Shown in pieces: positions 37,615-49,723 of a stretch of DNA of 64,000 nt (position 1 is the first letter of the stretch; the number at the start of each line of letters is the position of its first letter). The position numbers and the translations under genes are program-made. Origin of the DNA: Ostrea edulis. Taxonomy: Eukaryota. The DNA lies in NCBI RefSeq assembly GCF_947568905.1, contig NC_079164.1:108996001-109060000 (forward strand). Reading direction: 5' to 3'. Under the pieces are notes generated by a model that ran no database searches, was not told where the DNA came from, and worked only from the letters and a program-made list of their open reading frames with translations.

Positions 37615-40077
37615 ATGGCATCTTTCCTTTACGCTGTATCTGCCGCTTTGGCCGTCGCTATGGTCAGTGCTAGAGCTTATGGCCCAGGTATGTATATTTG
37701 TATAACATGATATTGATTCAGCAAAGAAACATTGAAATATTAGAATGGAAATGAGCTCAAACTTGGAGAAAGAAAAAAGCCTTTATAAGAAGTGAATGAC
37801 GCCCTTTATTTAAGTTTTCTTTTTCCTGATCTTTGATAAATTACTTTTTCTCAGGTGGTAATGGTAACAGAATGCCCTCTGGAATGGGAGGTGGTATGAT
37901 GTCAATGGGAGCCATGGGTATGATGCCAAAGAACGGTGCACCCATGATGCCAATGAACGCTGCACCCATGATGCCAATGAACTCTGCACCCATGATGCCA
38001 ATGAACTCTGCACCCATGATGCCAATGAACGCTGCACCCATGATGCCAATGAATGCTGCACCCATGATGCCAATGAACTCTGCACCCATGATGCCAATGA
38101 ACGCTGCACCCATGATGAACGCTGCACCCATGATGCCAATGAACGGTGCCATGAATGCAATTGGTAAAATGATGAAAGCCGCTGCCATGGGTGGAATGCC
38201 CTCAATGGGAGGCATGATGTCAATGCCAATGAATGGAATGATGGGAGCTGGTAACATGGGCGCTATGGGCAGCATGGGATCCGCAGGAAGCATGGCAGGT
38301 AAGCTGACATCATATAACGTACTATTTATCATTAGAAAAGCTCGAATTTGATGTATAAAATAACAGAAAACTAAGCGTTTGTTATCAAGTGCAGTGTCAG
38401 TCAACAGTATGGCATTTCCCAATATTGTTTTGGGAAACATTAATCCCTTTCTATTGGATTTCAAATAACATATTCATAGTTATGAAGAAACGGTTTTTAA
38501 CTCTCAGTTAAAATTACATTTTTTCTGCTTTACCTGGATTTGCCTATGAAATAAATCCGTCTAACTGAAGTATGAAATTTCCCCCCTACTGTGAATAGTG
38601 GTTCATGTATCATTATTGTAAATTAGCAAGAAAATTTCCAACTTATGTTATTAAAATAGTCGTTGTGGTAAAGAGATAAGCACTTCAATATCGAAGATCT
38701 GTTTTCAAAAGAATTAAACTTTTTTATTGCAGGTATGGGAATGAAATGTAAGTATATTTTTGCAAGCATCAACAAAGAGAACCTTTATATATGATAATAA
38801 TACTTCAAAGTTAATATAATAAGATATAATATAGCCTAATATATTATAAGACTGAATAATTCCGAGATTTCTGATTGGCTGAGACACAACAAATCAGAAA
38901 AATAGAACATTATGTTCACTTCGCTGTGTCTTCGAGGTGAATATAACATTCGATTTCTCGAACATTGGGAATTTCCAGACTGATGCGATTTGTTTTTATT
39001 TTTCGTCATCCAATGAAAACTTGCGTCTCTCATCACTTTCGTCCAAGTCTTGCACTAATGATGTAAAACAAAGATGGTCGATTAAATATCATTTGATAAG
39101 CTGAATAGTAGGTGGTTTTGATGTTTTGAATTATTCAATCAAATGATAAACAAAACACTCGCATCTCTCATCACTTTCGAGTAGGTTTTGTGCTAAAGCT
39201 GTAAAAAAAAACAAATAAAAAGATGGCGGATCAAGTATCTTTTCGTAAGCTTTAGTAGCCGGCTGCGATATCATACAATTATTGAGGTCAATATGATGTT
39301 CAAAGTAGAATAGTCACCTAGCCTGAATAAATAAAACATCGAAATTGGCTAATAGACCTACGAAACTAACCCAGATCAGCCATCACTGTATAGCCTAGAC
39401 TGCAACAGATGGTCGAAAATGAATAGAGACGCGAGTTCTTGCTTACTTTATGACTGAATAATTTCATACATCGAAACTGGCTAAAACGAGAACTTAATCA
39501 TTTATTCCTGAACAGATATATTTCGATCGGGTTCGGTGTTACTATAAATCAACAATATAGTCAATACAGCTTGTGATAGAAGTCATTATTTATACACATT
39601 CTACTGCAAGATAGTCAAAAGTGAATAGAGGTGCGAGTTCTCATTGTGTGACAAAAACGATATTCATCATTTGGAAATTCCCAATTCACTTTTGGTCATA
39701 TGTTAAAGAAAGCTAGAGTTATATTCATCTTGAAGGCAAGTGCAGGAGAATAGTTAAAGTTCTATTTTTCCGAGGTTGTTGAATCTCAACCAATCAGAAC
39801 GCACATAATTATTCAATCATATAAGAATTTGAATTATTCAATCATATAATAATACTATTATTGAAATTGTATCAGTCAATACAATGTTTCTGCTACCCTA
39901 AACGTACAATACTCACCAGGCCCTCTGGGCTCGATAAAAATTGTACTTCTCGTGAAGCTAAATGACGGTCTTGACCTAAAAAAGTCAATAAGCGTATGAT
40001 ATAATGTCAATAAAATGTATGATATAATGTCAATAAATGTATGATATAATGTTCTTTCAGCTGGATACTCTGCGTAA
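37615..40077 (+). CDS. Gene B2: secreted Met-rich paralog of B1, 182 aa
   Basis: Exons 37615-37687 (identical signal peptide), 37855-38298 (MMPMN(A/S)AP repeats), 38733-38747 (microexon GMGMK), 40061-40077 (SGYSA*); last exon and UTR homologous to B1; AATAAA at 40131. Confidence 0.9.
38845..39830. mobile_element. Foldback/MITE-like insertion in last intron of B2
   Basis: About 70-bp inverted ends (TATAAGACTGAATAAT...CTGATTGGCTGAGA...GAAAAATAGAAC versus GTTCTATTTTTCC...CAACCAATCAGAA...ATTATTCAATCATATAAG); related sequence near 31070-31260. Confidence 0.65.
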
Positions 40078-40240
40078 CTGACTAACCATCTCTCAGGACT
40101 ATTCATGTGTATTTTATAATATAGAATTGCAATAAAGAGCTGTATTTTCCTTGAATTGTCTAAGTGTGTCATTATTTGTTAGAATCAAGTCTCTCCAAAG
40201 AGAAGAGTGAAAAAAAACATGTAATATACATGTGTATCAG

Positions 40241-40516
40241 ACCTCGCATTGGGTCAAATGCTGTCTGGCGTGTTTCATACCGATTGTTAAGCTGTTCTTG
40301 GCGCACTGATTTTGACTGCGGATAACTCCGTTTACCTGATCAGGATATGGGGCTCACGGCGGGCGGGTGTGACCGGTCAACAGGGGATGCTTACTCCTCC
40401 TAGGCACCTGATCTCACCTCTGGTGTGTCCAGGGGTCCGTGTTTGCCCAACTATCTATTTTGTATTGCTTGTAGGAGTTATGAGATTGATCACTGTTCGT
40501 TATCTTCACCTTGCAT
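40241..40516 (+). mobile_element. Penelope-like (Naiad) 3' fragment
   Basis: Sense-orientation UTR ending TTATCTTCACCTTGCAT. Confidence 0.88.
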
Positions 40517-40762
40517 CTATCAGATATTTAAGAAATAGAATTGCGGCAGCGCTTCATGAAAATATGCCATCGTGAAGCGGTAAAGACCACAATGGTACCA
40601 TCATGTATTTTCAATATTAACATTCTATTTTCATTTCTGTTTCTCAAGATTCATACGCACATTGCTTACAACTGCAGCGTGTTTATAAGGAAATATCTAT
40701 CATTTCAATTCATAATGATATCAAAGGTAAAAACATTGGATAGGTACATGTAAATATTGTAC

Positions 40763-41555
40763 AATGAACAAGTAAAGATAGCGAACAGTGACCAGTCTCA
40801 TACATCAATCCTATAAAGATTGAAAAATCAATGATCAATCTCATACATCAATCCTATTAAGATTGAAAAATCGAGAGAAGGACAAACAAAGGCTCCTGTA
40901 TATACCATAGGTGGCATCACGTGCCTAGGAGGAGTAAGCATTCCATGTTGAACGGTCACATTCGCCGTGAGCCCTATATCTTGATCGGGTAAATGAAGTA
41001 ATCCGTAGTCAAAATCAGTATGCAAAAAACGGCCCAACAATTGGTATGAAACACGTCAGACAGCATTCAACCAAGTGATAGCTTGTATTTGTAAATTAGA
41101 TATGATGACCATAGAATTTTCGAAATGCTGACTTTCAACGAAACTGTTCAAACCCCTGTAACATCAACTTGTTTGTCAGTAGACTGGCTCCATTTAAAAA
41201 CTGATCATACACAGAACATTTTCTCGTGTATCGAATCAGTTGAGAGATAAACACCATATGGAGATGATAATGGAATATAGCTACAAATATGGGAACTTGA
41301 CGATGGAGAAGCTGAAGTAATCTCGTTTGTCAAAGGGTTGAGTAGTCAATTTGCCGTTGACATTTATGTTCAATAGAATATTCAAATATGAAGTAGATAT
41401 ACGAGACCCTGTGGTGTCTTTTATTTCGAATTTACTGGGATATATTGAATCGCCATATGGCTGAAAATGATTATTGTTAATAGATAAAACGTCGTCAATA
41501 TTTCTAAATGTTGAGTTGAAGGCCACAGCAAGATATTTTTTTCTTCTCATGTAGA
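40763..41555 (-). mobile_element. Penelope-like (Naiad) fragment with decayed RT C-terminus
   Basis: ORF 41281-41550 FNSTFRNIDDVLSINN...FDKRDYFSFSIVKFPYL. Confidence 0.85.
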
Positions 41556-42619
41556 ACCTTTTGAATCAATCCAATCTTCAATCCAATCTTCAATCTTGAT
41601 AAATTCAATTAAACAAAAACAGTGTGATGCAAATATTGATTTGACTAGACAATCGCTGAACCTGTGATTACCAAAATGATAATGGACACAGTCGAGAAAA
41701 ATTGTTTCAAAACCAGAAAAAAAAAATGTGGAATTGGTCACTGATTAAGCAAATTATGGCGCTTGCAAAAATAAAAGTAAGATAGCTCCATCAGAACTGA
41801 GCATGTATTGAATTATGTCCTGTTGACCAAAAATATAGACGATTCAATTTTTTTTTTCGTAGACGGGTAGTAAGAAATTTAATTAAGTACTAGTAATGTT
41901 GACCGTAGTATCGCAAAACACCTATATAAAAAATTATTTCTAAACAAAATTTCGAAAAGATGTTTTTTCCCGTTAAATGGGATGACAAAGTCATTACATG
42001 TATTTTGATTCTACGCTGTGGTAAATTAGACAAAAGAATTACATAGCGATGTGTTTCCTTGTCTCTGTATTGAAACCAACACGTTCTTACACTTCAGACA
42101 TCACTACTGGATAGTATTAGTGCCTCACAATATTGAAATCGAATTACAGCGATTCATTTTGGTAGTTTATTGCAGAATAAGTGTTTCACGTTTAATTTGT
42201 ACGATAATGGGGATAGAATAATCAATTAACGTACAAATGGTATAGCTTTGCTATGTATATTTACCAAAACATTTTCCCAAACCTTTACTGAAATATTATT
42301 CTTACATTTCTTGACATTTTCCCACTAAATTTAGAATTGATAATGTATACTGTTCAAGGTACATGTCCTTTTGATTAATCAATATTTGCCTCATATAGCA
42401 GATTAAGGTGGGGGAAAAAATACTCGAAGATAAAATTGTTTGGTGTACATGTAAAAAAAATATTGCAAGTAAATCAACTCTTCCATAAATTCCCTCAAAG
42501 TTATAAAATGTAAACAATAAGATGACGAGATAGGGAGAACGTAACTTTAAAACATCCTGAAGTACATTTCCATATTTTAAAACAAACAATAACTTTTACC
42601 TGATGAAATGTTCATTTTC

Positions 42620-43010
42620 TATTGATTTGATTGTTTAACGACCCTTTGAGGTTTTTCCTTCATTTGGAGACCTGACATGCTACAGATTTAGACCTATGCA
42701 TAGTAATCAGGGTTGTAGCAGTAAGGGTTCTTTAACGAGCCAACGCCTAGCGTGAAATGGACCTCTGGTTTGAAAGGTAACATCCGGAAAAAAAACTGCG
42801 ACTCTCACCACACGAATGCCGAGCCTTGGGCAAAGGAACAGTCACTAACCTTATTAGGTTCATTAAAAGTTTTACACCACCAGGTAATTAAAAGTTTTAC
42901 ACGACAAAGGTAATCCAAAGTTTTACACGACAAAGGTAATCCAAAGTTTTACACGACAAAGGTATGAGTGGGATTCGAAGCCACTACCTCCCGATCACGA
43001 AGCGAACGCC
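42620..43010 (-). mobile_element. Degenerate Meta-like SINE with internal 26-bp tandem repeats
   Basis: tRNA-like head GGGATTCGAAGCC...ATCACGAAGCGAACG on plus strand; AAAGTTTTACACGACAAAGGTAATCC repeated about 3-4 times. Confidence 0.6.
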
Positions 43011-43109
43011 GGGCCCTGCACCGTAACCGGTCAGTTTCTGCTGAATATTATCTTACGCGACCAACAGGATTTTTTTTATACTTGGATCATTTTCTCGAAT
43101 ATTATACCC

Positions 43110-43410
43110 GAGGGTCTCTACAGCCCAGTAGCTAAGTATTTCGTTATTAGCTTGAAAATACGGATGTATATTTAATTGCTGTGATAAGATTTAGGAATTC
43201 ATTTCAATATTAAGGATTATCTCCCTCATGCATAACTCTGATCCTTAGACGAATCTGGCGCCAGTCTTTTGGCACTCTGTTTTTTCTTTTAGCTATTACA
43301 AGTTTATTGTTATTTCGGATTTCCAAAATTTCGGCTTGAGCATCACTGAAGAGACATTATTTGTCGAAATGCGCATCTGGTGCATCAAAATTGGTACCGT
43401 TCAAGTTTTA
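43110..43410 (+). mobile_element. Penelope-type pseudo-LTR fragment with hammerhead
   Basis: Longest copy of the hammerhead-bearing block. Confidence 0.7.
43336..43388 (+). ncRNA. Minimal type I hammerhead ribozyme with intact catalytic core
   Basis: Stem I UUGA-GCAUCA/UGGUGC-A-UCAA, CUGAAGA (43346-43352), stem II GACA/UGUC, GAAA (43366-43369), palindromic stem III AUGCGCAU, predicted cleavage after C43377 (AUC). Confidence 0.85.
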
Positions 43411-43653
43411 CATCCATATGACTGTTTTGTTTTTGTTTTATATTTTGTTTTACGTCCTATACAGGCCAATGTGCCTCACTTCAATTTCACGAGTGGCACA
43501 TTTGGCTGTGATTCGATATAGAGAGGTGAAGTGGCACACATTTTAACCTATGCTTGACGATTACGGTCGCAGCAGTGAGGATTCTTTAGTGTACCAACGC
43601 CCATATTGACACGACACCTTTAGTTTTATGGTCATATCTAAAGGACCCATGAC

Positions 43654-43935
43654 CGGTCGCGGTAGCTCAGTGGTAGAGCGTTCGCTTCGTAACCGGGAGG
43701 TCATGAGTTCGATCTCCGCTCGTGCCGTGGCCGCGTCAAACCTACGGTGAGAATCACGGGTCTTTCGAATATGACCTTAAAAACGGAGGTCGCGGCAGGC
43801 ATTGGCACGATAAAGCACCCTCATTGCTAAGGCCCTGAGCGCTAAGCATGGGTCTAAATTTGATGTACTTCACTTACAGTTGGTGATGTCTCAGTATGAG
43901 GGAAAATTCTGGACAGGACGTAAAAAACAAACAAA
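43654..43935 (+). mobile_element. tRNA-derived Meta-like SINE nested in an older opposite-strand SINE (about 43520-44010)
   Basis: A box GGTAGCTCAGTGGTAGAGCG, B box GAGTTCGATCTCC, (AAAC)n tail. Confidence 0.82.
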
Positions 43936-44770
43936 CCAAAGGATCGACCTGTGAGTTTCACTTCAAATGACAAGTGCTCGGCGAAGGAATAGACACTACC
44001 TATGTTACAAGAGTGTACAATGCCAATAATTGGTTATGTACTAATTACAACTTACTTTTTTTCAATATCACCTGTACATGTATATGAATGGCAACTTATA
44101 TAAAAGGTGCACGTATTGCGAAGGAACTCGGAAAAGCTGACGAATGTGGGGATGGGGATGCCTTTCTCTTTCAGAATACGAGTCAATTGATAGCAAAATC
44201 ACGAACAATGCGTGTACATGAAACAGTTCAAAGTCAAGCTTAATCACCTTATTTTCGAGCAACAATCTATTTTGAGATTTTCGATTACAATGCACAATTA
44301 TTTCCATATATTTCCATTCACTGTTTCTCACTGGGTCTTACAGTTTGTGGAAATGTTCTTTCTTGTTTCCGCTACACTCTGATTCATAAGGAAGGAGTGT
44401 GTACGACTTCCTTCTAAGGTGAAAATCCCAGCAGGCCTCTCCCTCCTTCCCTGTCTCTCTACATTGCCCAATATTCAAATTGTATACTCTATTATGAGCT
44501 TAACTTGAAATTCCATATGTAATGTTCGTTTCAGATTAATCTTTGAATCTATTTTCATAGTTTATACATCAAACGTCGTTTTATTCTGGTTAACATTTTC
44601 GTCATCTTGTCGCGTAGGATGGCTTACATTATCATGATTTACAAATTCATGTACATGCAAAACATCTGCCATTCATATTACCATTCAATTTATAAATCAA
44701 TCATCAAATTATTGAAAACATCGTAAAAATCATATATTTCCCTTTATTGCAAGGGATCCAGATTAAAATA

Positions 44771-44985
44771 AGTCCTCACTTCCCCTTGCTTGTCGTAAGA
44801 GGCGACTAAATGGGGTAGTCCTTCGGATTAGACAGCAAAACGGAGGCCCCGTGTTACAGCAGGTGTGGCACGATAAAGATCCCTCCCTGCTACAAGGCCG
44901 AGCATAGGCCTAAATATTGAAGCCCTTCACTGGCAATGATGACGTCCCCATATGAGTGAAAAATTCTCGGTGGGACATTAAACAA
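44771..44985 (+). mobile_element. SINE, same family as 379-643
   Basis: CCCCTTGCTTGTCGTAAGAGGCGACTAAATGGGG...CAGGTGTGGCACGATAAAGATCCCTCCC. Confidence 0.85.
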
Positions 44986-45115
44986 ATCTGATATGTTCAA
45001 TCGTAAAGTACGACTTTCTTATCGACCTTAAGGAGAGTGTGACCGGTCAATAGGGGATGCTCACTCCTCCTGGGCACCTGGTCCCCAGCCCGGTCTATCT
45101 ATCTATCTATCTATA

Positions 45116-45538
45116 TATATAAAGCACTAAATAATCACAACTAGGTACTGAAAATTTTCGCCCCAGCCCGGGGTCGAACCAGCGACGTACGGCACCCACC
45201 GCCTAGCAAGATTGTCAAACCAGTGCGTAAGTCCACTCGGCCACAACGACTTCCCTAAAAAGGAAGCTTTGTTATGCTCCTAAAGCGCTACTTATACACA
45301 CTGATGCAATCCCACACAGTCGCTGTGTCATTCAGTGTTTAAGATATTTTATAAGGAGAGTGGATCTCTCGATGCAATTGTATAGAATATTTAATATAAA
45401 GCACAAACAAACAATTATAACACCCAACCTTACGTTTACCCCTAGGATCTAAACGATGCATGTGAAAATCAATTAATTAATATATAAAGCACTAAATAAT
45501 CACAACTAGGTACTGAAAATTTTCGCCCCAGCCCGGGG
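45116..45538 (-). mobile_element. tRNA-Ser-like Pol III unit bracketed by 58-bp direct repeats
   Basis: Direct repeats 45116-45173 and 45481-45538; minus-strand GTCGTTGTGGCCGAGTGG...GGTTCGACCCCGGG at 45250-45160, followed by TTTT. Confidence 0.55.
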
Positions 45539-45816
45539 CATATCGTTATTGTATCCTTCGTAACTTCGTAAAATCAACTGCTAAATGCAGAGTTTCAGAT
45601 AAAGTGCAGCTTTCTTTGAAATCCACGATGATTTTCACATATAGCAGTGTTAGCTCATTTTCTTATGATTATTCATCGTTGTAGAAGACGTAGTTTTACA
45701 CATTGAAGGATGTAGTCGGACATCTGTTCAGTGTTCTCGTTTTCACTTCAATGTCACCGGTAACACCTCCCAGTGTGTCAAAACGACCACGACAGCAGAA
45801 GTGGAGTGCCGGATAT

Positions 45817-45823
45817 TATATAA
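45817..45823 (+). promoter_or_regulatory. TATA box of gene C
   Basis: TATATAA followed by a putative non-coding exon ending AGAAG|gtgaga at 45889. Confidence 0.65.
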
Positions 45824-46137
45824 GTAACCTAGGTAAAGAAACTTTCACGAGAACTTTTGTCTTCCGTCAAATTCACTCTGCGGCAGAAGGTGAGAACTCT
45901 CTTAACAAATTTATGCAACGTATTTCAAATTTTTCAGAAATTTATTTTATCACGATCATCGATGTCGTTGTATTTATTGTTTTAGCTTATGTACTGTTTT
46001 ATATTCGACACTGCAGACTGACAATTACGATAAACCTTTACTGTTTTCAAGAGATTCTCTATGCCTTTAGTACAATATGTCTTATGAGGGATGTGGAATA
46101 TTTGCCGCTATTTTTGACGTATTTCCTGTTGTTTCAG

Positions 46138-47524
46138 ATGGCACCCTCCATGGCAGTGTTTTCCTTGTTGTCTGCAACACTGGTAGTTTCTCTTGTTCAT
46201 GGTAAATAAGATATATATCACATATCGAAATAGCATATCTATAGAATTAGAATTAACTAGATTTTTTTTTCTAAACGTGCACTGTGTCAGTGGCGGTTTT
46301 TAATCTACAACTTTGATACACTGCTGGAACATAGGAAATGAAATTAATCTTTGGTACTCCAAGTTACACTACGTTGAAGTTTTCCGGATTAAAGTAAATC
46401 AGAGAGATTATTAATGGACTGGATTATCAAAAGTGTAATTTGGATACTTTAGATGTGCAGAAAGTGGACAATGTTGATCAATTCTACTACTATATTTTTT
46501 CTTTAAGACCTTTATTGAAAATCTTAAAAAGCGGAAAACCACTGTACTCGTGCGTTTGTAGATCTAAACTTTCAGGATTTATATGCAAAATTTCAATTTC
46601 CCTGGTTTATTTACAAAAATTTATTTTACAAAGATAAATTCTGATGTTGAGATGTTTGTTAGCTAGATTTTGATTACGCGTTGGAGATTAAAAATAAGAT
46701 CTACATGTTGGAAAGTTTCTATAACAGAATAACGATAATAATAATGACGTAAAGTTGAGAGAAGTAACCGTACTTTATTCGCAGGTGGACTCATTCCAAC
46801 AAATAGCGGCATGGGAATGCTGGTAGTCCCAATCGGTAATGGTGAGGAACCGGCCAGACCCGTGGTCATTATCCCAGTTGTGTTGGGACATCAGAGACCC
46901 ATGATGCCAAAACCCATGATGATGCCCATGATGCCAAAACCCATGATGATGCCCATGATGCCCAGACCCATGTCACCCAAGCCTGCGATGATGAAGTACC
47001 CTATATCGCAAAACATGATGCCAGCTCAACCACAACAGATCGAGAGACCAGAAATCAAGACAGATGCCAGTGAGTAACGTCAATGATTTCTTTATATGAT
47101 TTGTTATTCTGAAATATATAATGTATATACATGTATATAGACAATCAACAACATAGCAAGTTATAAACCAAGGCTTTAAGAACATTTTATCAATAGAAAA
47201 TGAAAACTTTATAGCATTCAAATGTATGTGCATGTATAGACATTCTCCTGGAGTAGAATTCTGATACATTTTGAATTGAATTAATTAGAAGCACTGGGAC
47301 GCATCTTTTCATTTCCTTTATTTTTACCAATGTTGTCTTATCATGGCAACACCATGTTAAAACTTGTTGCCTTTATAAAATGATATAATCATTCGAAAGG
47401 GGTACAAATGGCATAACAAACTCCACAGCTAGGAGCATGCATTTGTTTAATTTTCTATTTTTCGTTTTGCTAAATTGGGTTATTTTCTCGCTTTTTAGGA
47501 GGTCGACAAACTCTGGAATTCTGA
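46138..47524 (+). CDS. Gene C: secreted Met/Pro-rich protein, 124 aa
   Basis: Exons 46138-46201 (MAPSMAVFSLLSATLVVSLVH), 46785-47069 (PMMPKPMMM repeats), 47499-47524 (RGRQTLEF*); phase-1 introns; AATAAA near 47620. Confidence 0.8.
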
Positions 47525-47651
47525 AGAAAATGCCCATTCCAGTGATGTTTTATATCGCCAGAAGTCGCATTAAAATGTTTATCCTTCACTGAAGTCTGTG
47601 ATACTTTATGTAGATTTAGAATAAACATCTCTACCTTCGTAGATTCCTCTT

Positions 47652-47891
47652 TTACATTCTGTTACGTCATAGCTGTACTGATCAACAGGTACATGTATAG
47701 TGATATAAGGGTTTGTCTGGGTAGCACCGATTACATTCTGTTACGTCATAGCTGTACTGATCAACAGGTACATGTATAGTGATATAAGGGTTTGTCTGGG
47801 TAGCACCGATTACATTCTGTTACGTCATAGCTGTACTGATCAACAGGTACATATATAGTGATATAAGGGTTTGTCTGAATAGCACCGATTA
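47652..47891. repeat. 79-bp tandem repeat, 3 copies
   Basis: Units start at 47652, 47731 and 47810, just downstream of the gene C polyA signal. Confidence 0.92.
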
Positions 47892-49723
47892 TATACAAGA
47901 TTTTTCCTTCTTCTTTAAATGAAAAGGTTAAAAGATAATGAACAATAACAAATCTGAAGGTTGTATGTTTTCATTCTGTAATATATACCATTGCATTGAA
48001 TGAGTTATAAAATTGTAAGTACAGCCTTTATCAAATATACATCTGTCTAAAATGAAAATTGACATATATGCACCAAAGATATACAAAAGCAGATTGGCAC
48101 CACCTGAAGCTGTAATGAATAGACACTTTTATCAAGATTTCATCAAAATGAATTATTGATAATCTTAATTCCTGTGCAGACGATATCTGTGAACGTACTG
48201 ATACTTACTTATTGATCTGCAGCTGGGTATTTAAGATATAAATTGTATGAAGTATGAACTGTGACACTTCACGCTGGTTGGAAACGAATGTATTTTCAAA
48301 AAATGAAGTTTACTTCTAATATTTACATTCTACTTTCATTTCTCTTTCGACATTTCCAGTCGTTAGAATAAAAGTACTATTTTTATCAAGATTTATACGA
48401 GCAATGTTTACGACTGCAACGCATTCATTAGAAATTGACTACCATTACAATTTGTAAAGATATCAAAGGCAAAAAACATTGGACATGTAGATATGTAACT
48501 GCATCACGCTTTCCAAGATTTTTTATTGTGTTGTCAATTAATGGCAGCTAGTATATTGTATTGGTTCCATTCAATTCCTGCACATTTACCTAACCTAACC
48601 AAAGTGCATATTTTATGTCCTTCTTTAATTGTCCTTGAACAAAGTTAATGTGGATCATCGTCTGATGATATCATAGGTCTTTCTTTTCTTTCGTCCATTA
48701 ATGTAAAACACGGGTTTAATCGACCGGAAATGAAATGTTTTACGACAGTTGGCGTCTCAAGACAATTTATATTTGATGCTTCAATGTGCTTTTCAACACA
48801 GAGAGGAATAAAACTGACGCATTTCCTACACCAAAAAACGTGTGAACATCTTCTGTTTATACACAAGAACAACAAAAGGAACATACATTTCCATGTTCTT
48901 TCATTATAAATTTTGTATTAATTTGAAAACAAATCACATAAAACGAAATTTACGTAATAATTAGAGTGTAAAATAATCACAGTATAATACAGCACCTGAC
49001 AATATCAACATATCAATTATTCATAGCAATAAAAATCATCTACTACATCATTTAACATAGGAATGATAAATCTATTGGGTAACAGAATGGCTTCGTTTGT
49101 TACAATATCATGAACCAAATTGTGTAATCTTTTTAAAATGATTAGTAATTCATACTTTTCATTTTAATTAAAGGGACTGGTTCAAGTTTTTCGAAAGAAA
49201 TGGGGTTTTTTTTTGTTGGTTAAATAATAAAGTATAGCTCATTTAATGTTGACAACCAAAATTTGGACCGTCTGAATGCAAGGATAAGAGCAATATTTTA
49301 GCTTTGATTCTGTGTTATGTAAACAAAGACTTTAGTCTTTTTATGTAAACAAACAAACCAATAAAACGTTAATTTTGTAATTCAAAACATCTTTATTTTG
49401 TACAATCACAAATTTTAACTTTTAAATGACACATTTTACCTACAGTATACCTGAGATGTGATATATATGATAAACTTGGATCAATATTCATTTATCTTGA
49501 AAACCCCGTAAACAATAACACTCCTCAATCTTTGTTTTCAAAACAAATAATAAACTCTCTGTGATGAGCTTCTGTCATGATGAATAATAATAATTTTTTG
49601 GTGAAACCCTCTAAACATGAAAATCGTGAATCAGTCCCTTTAAAACATTTTCCCCCATGAAAAGTTTTAACCTTTTGGTTACACGGCAAGTAATCCCCAT
49701 AGGTTGCAAAAATTCTTTGTGTT

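Noticed and set aside
43659-43732. Possible tRNA gene
   Set aside because: Acceptor and anticodon stems pair poorly and the sequence continues into a SINE body
45297-45340. Hairpin with CUGAAUGA/AUGA resembling a hammerhead or SECIS
   Set aside because: No GAAA core, and the helix is too short and lacks the apical AA and GA quartet
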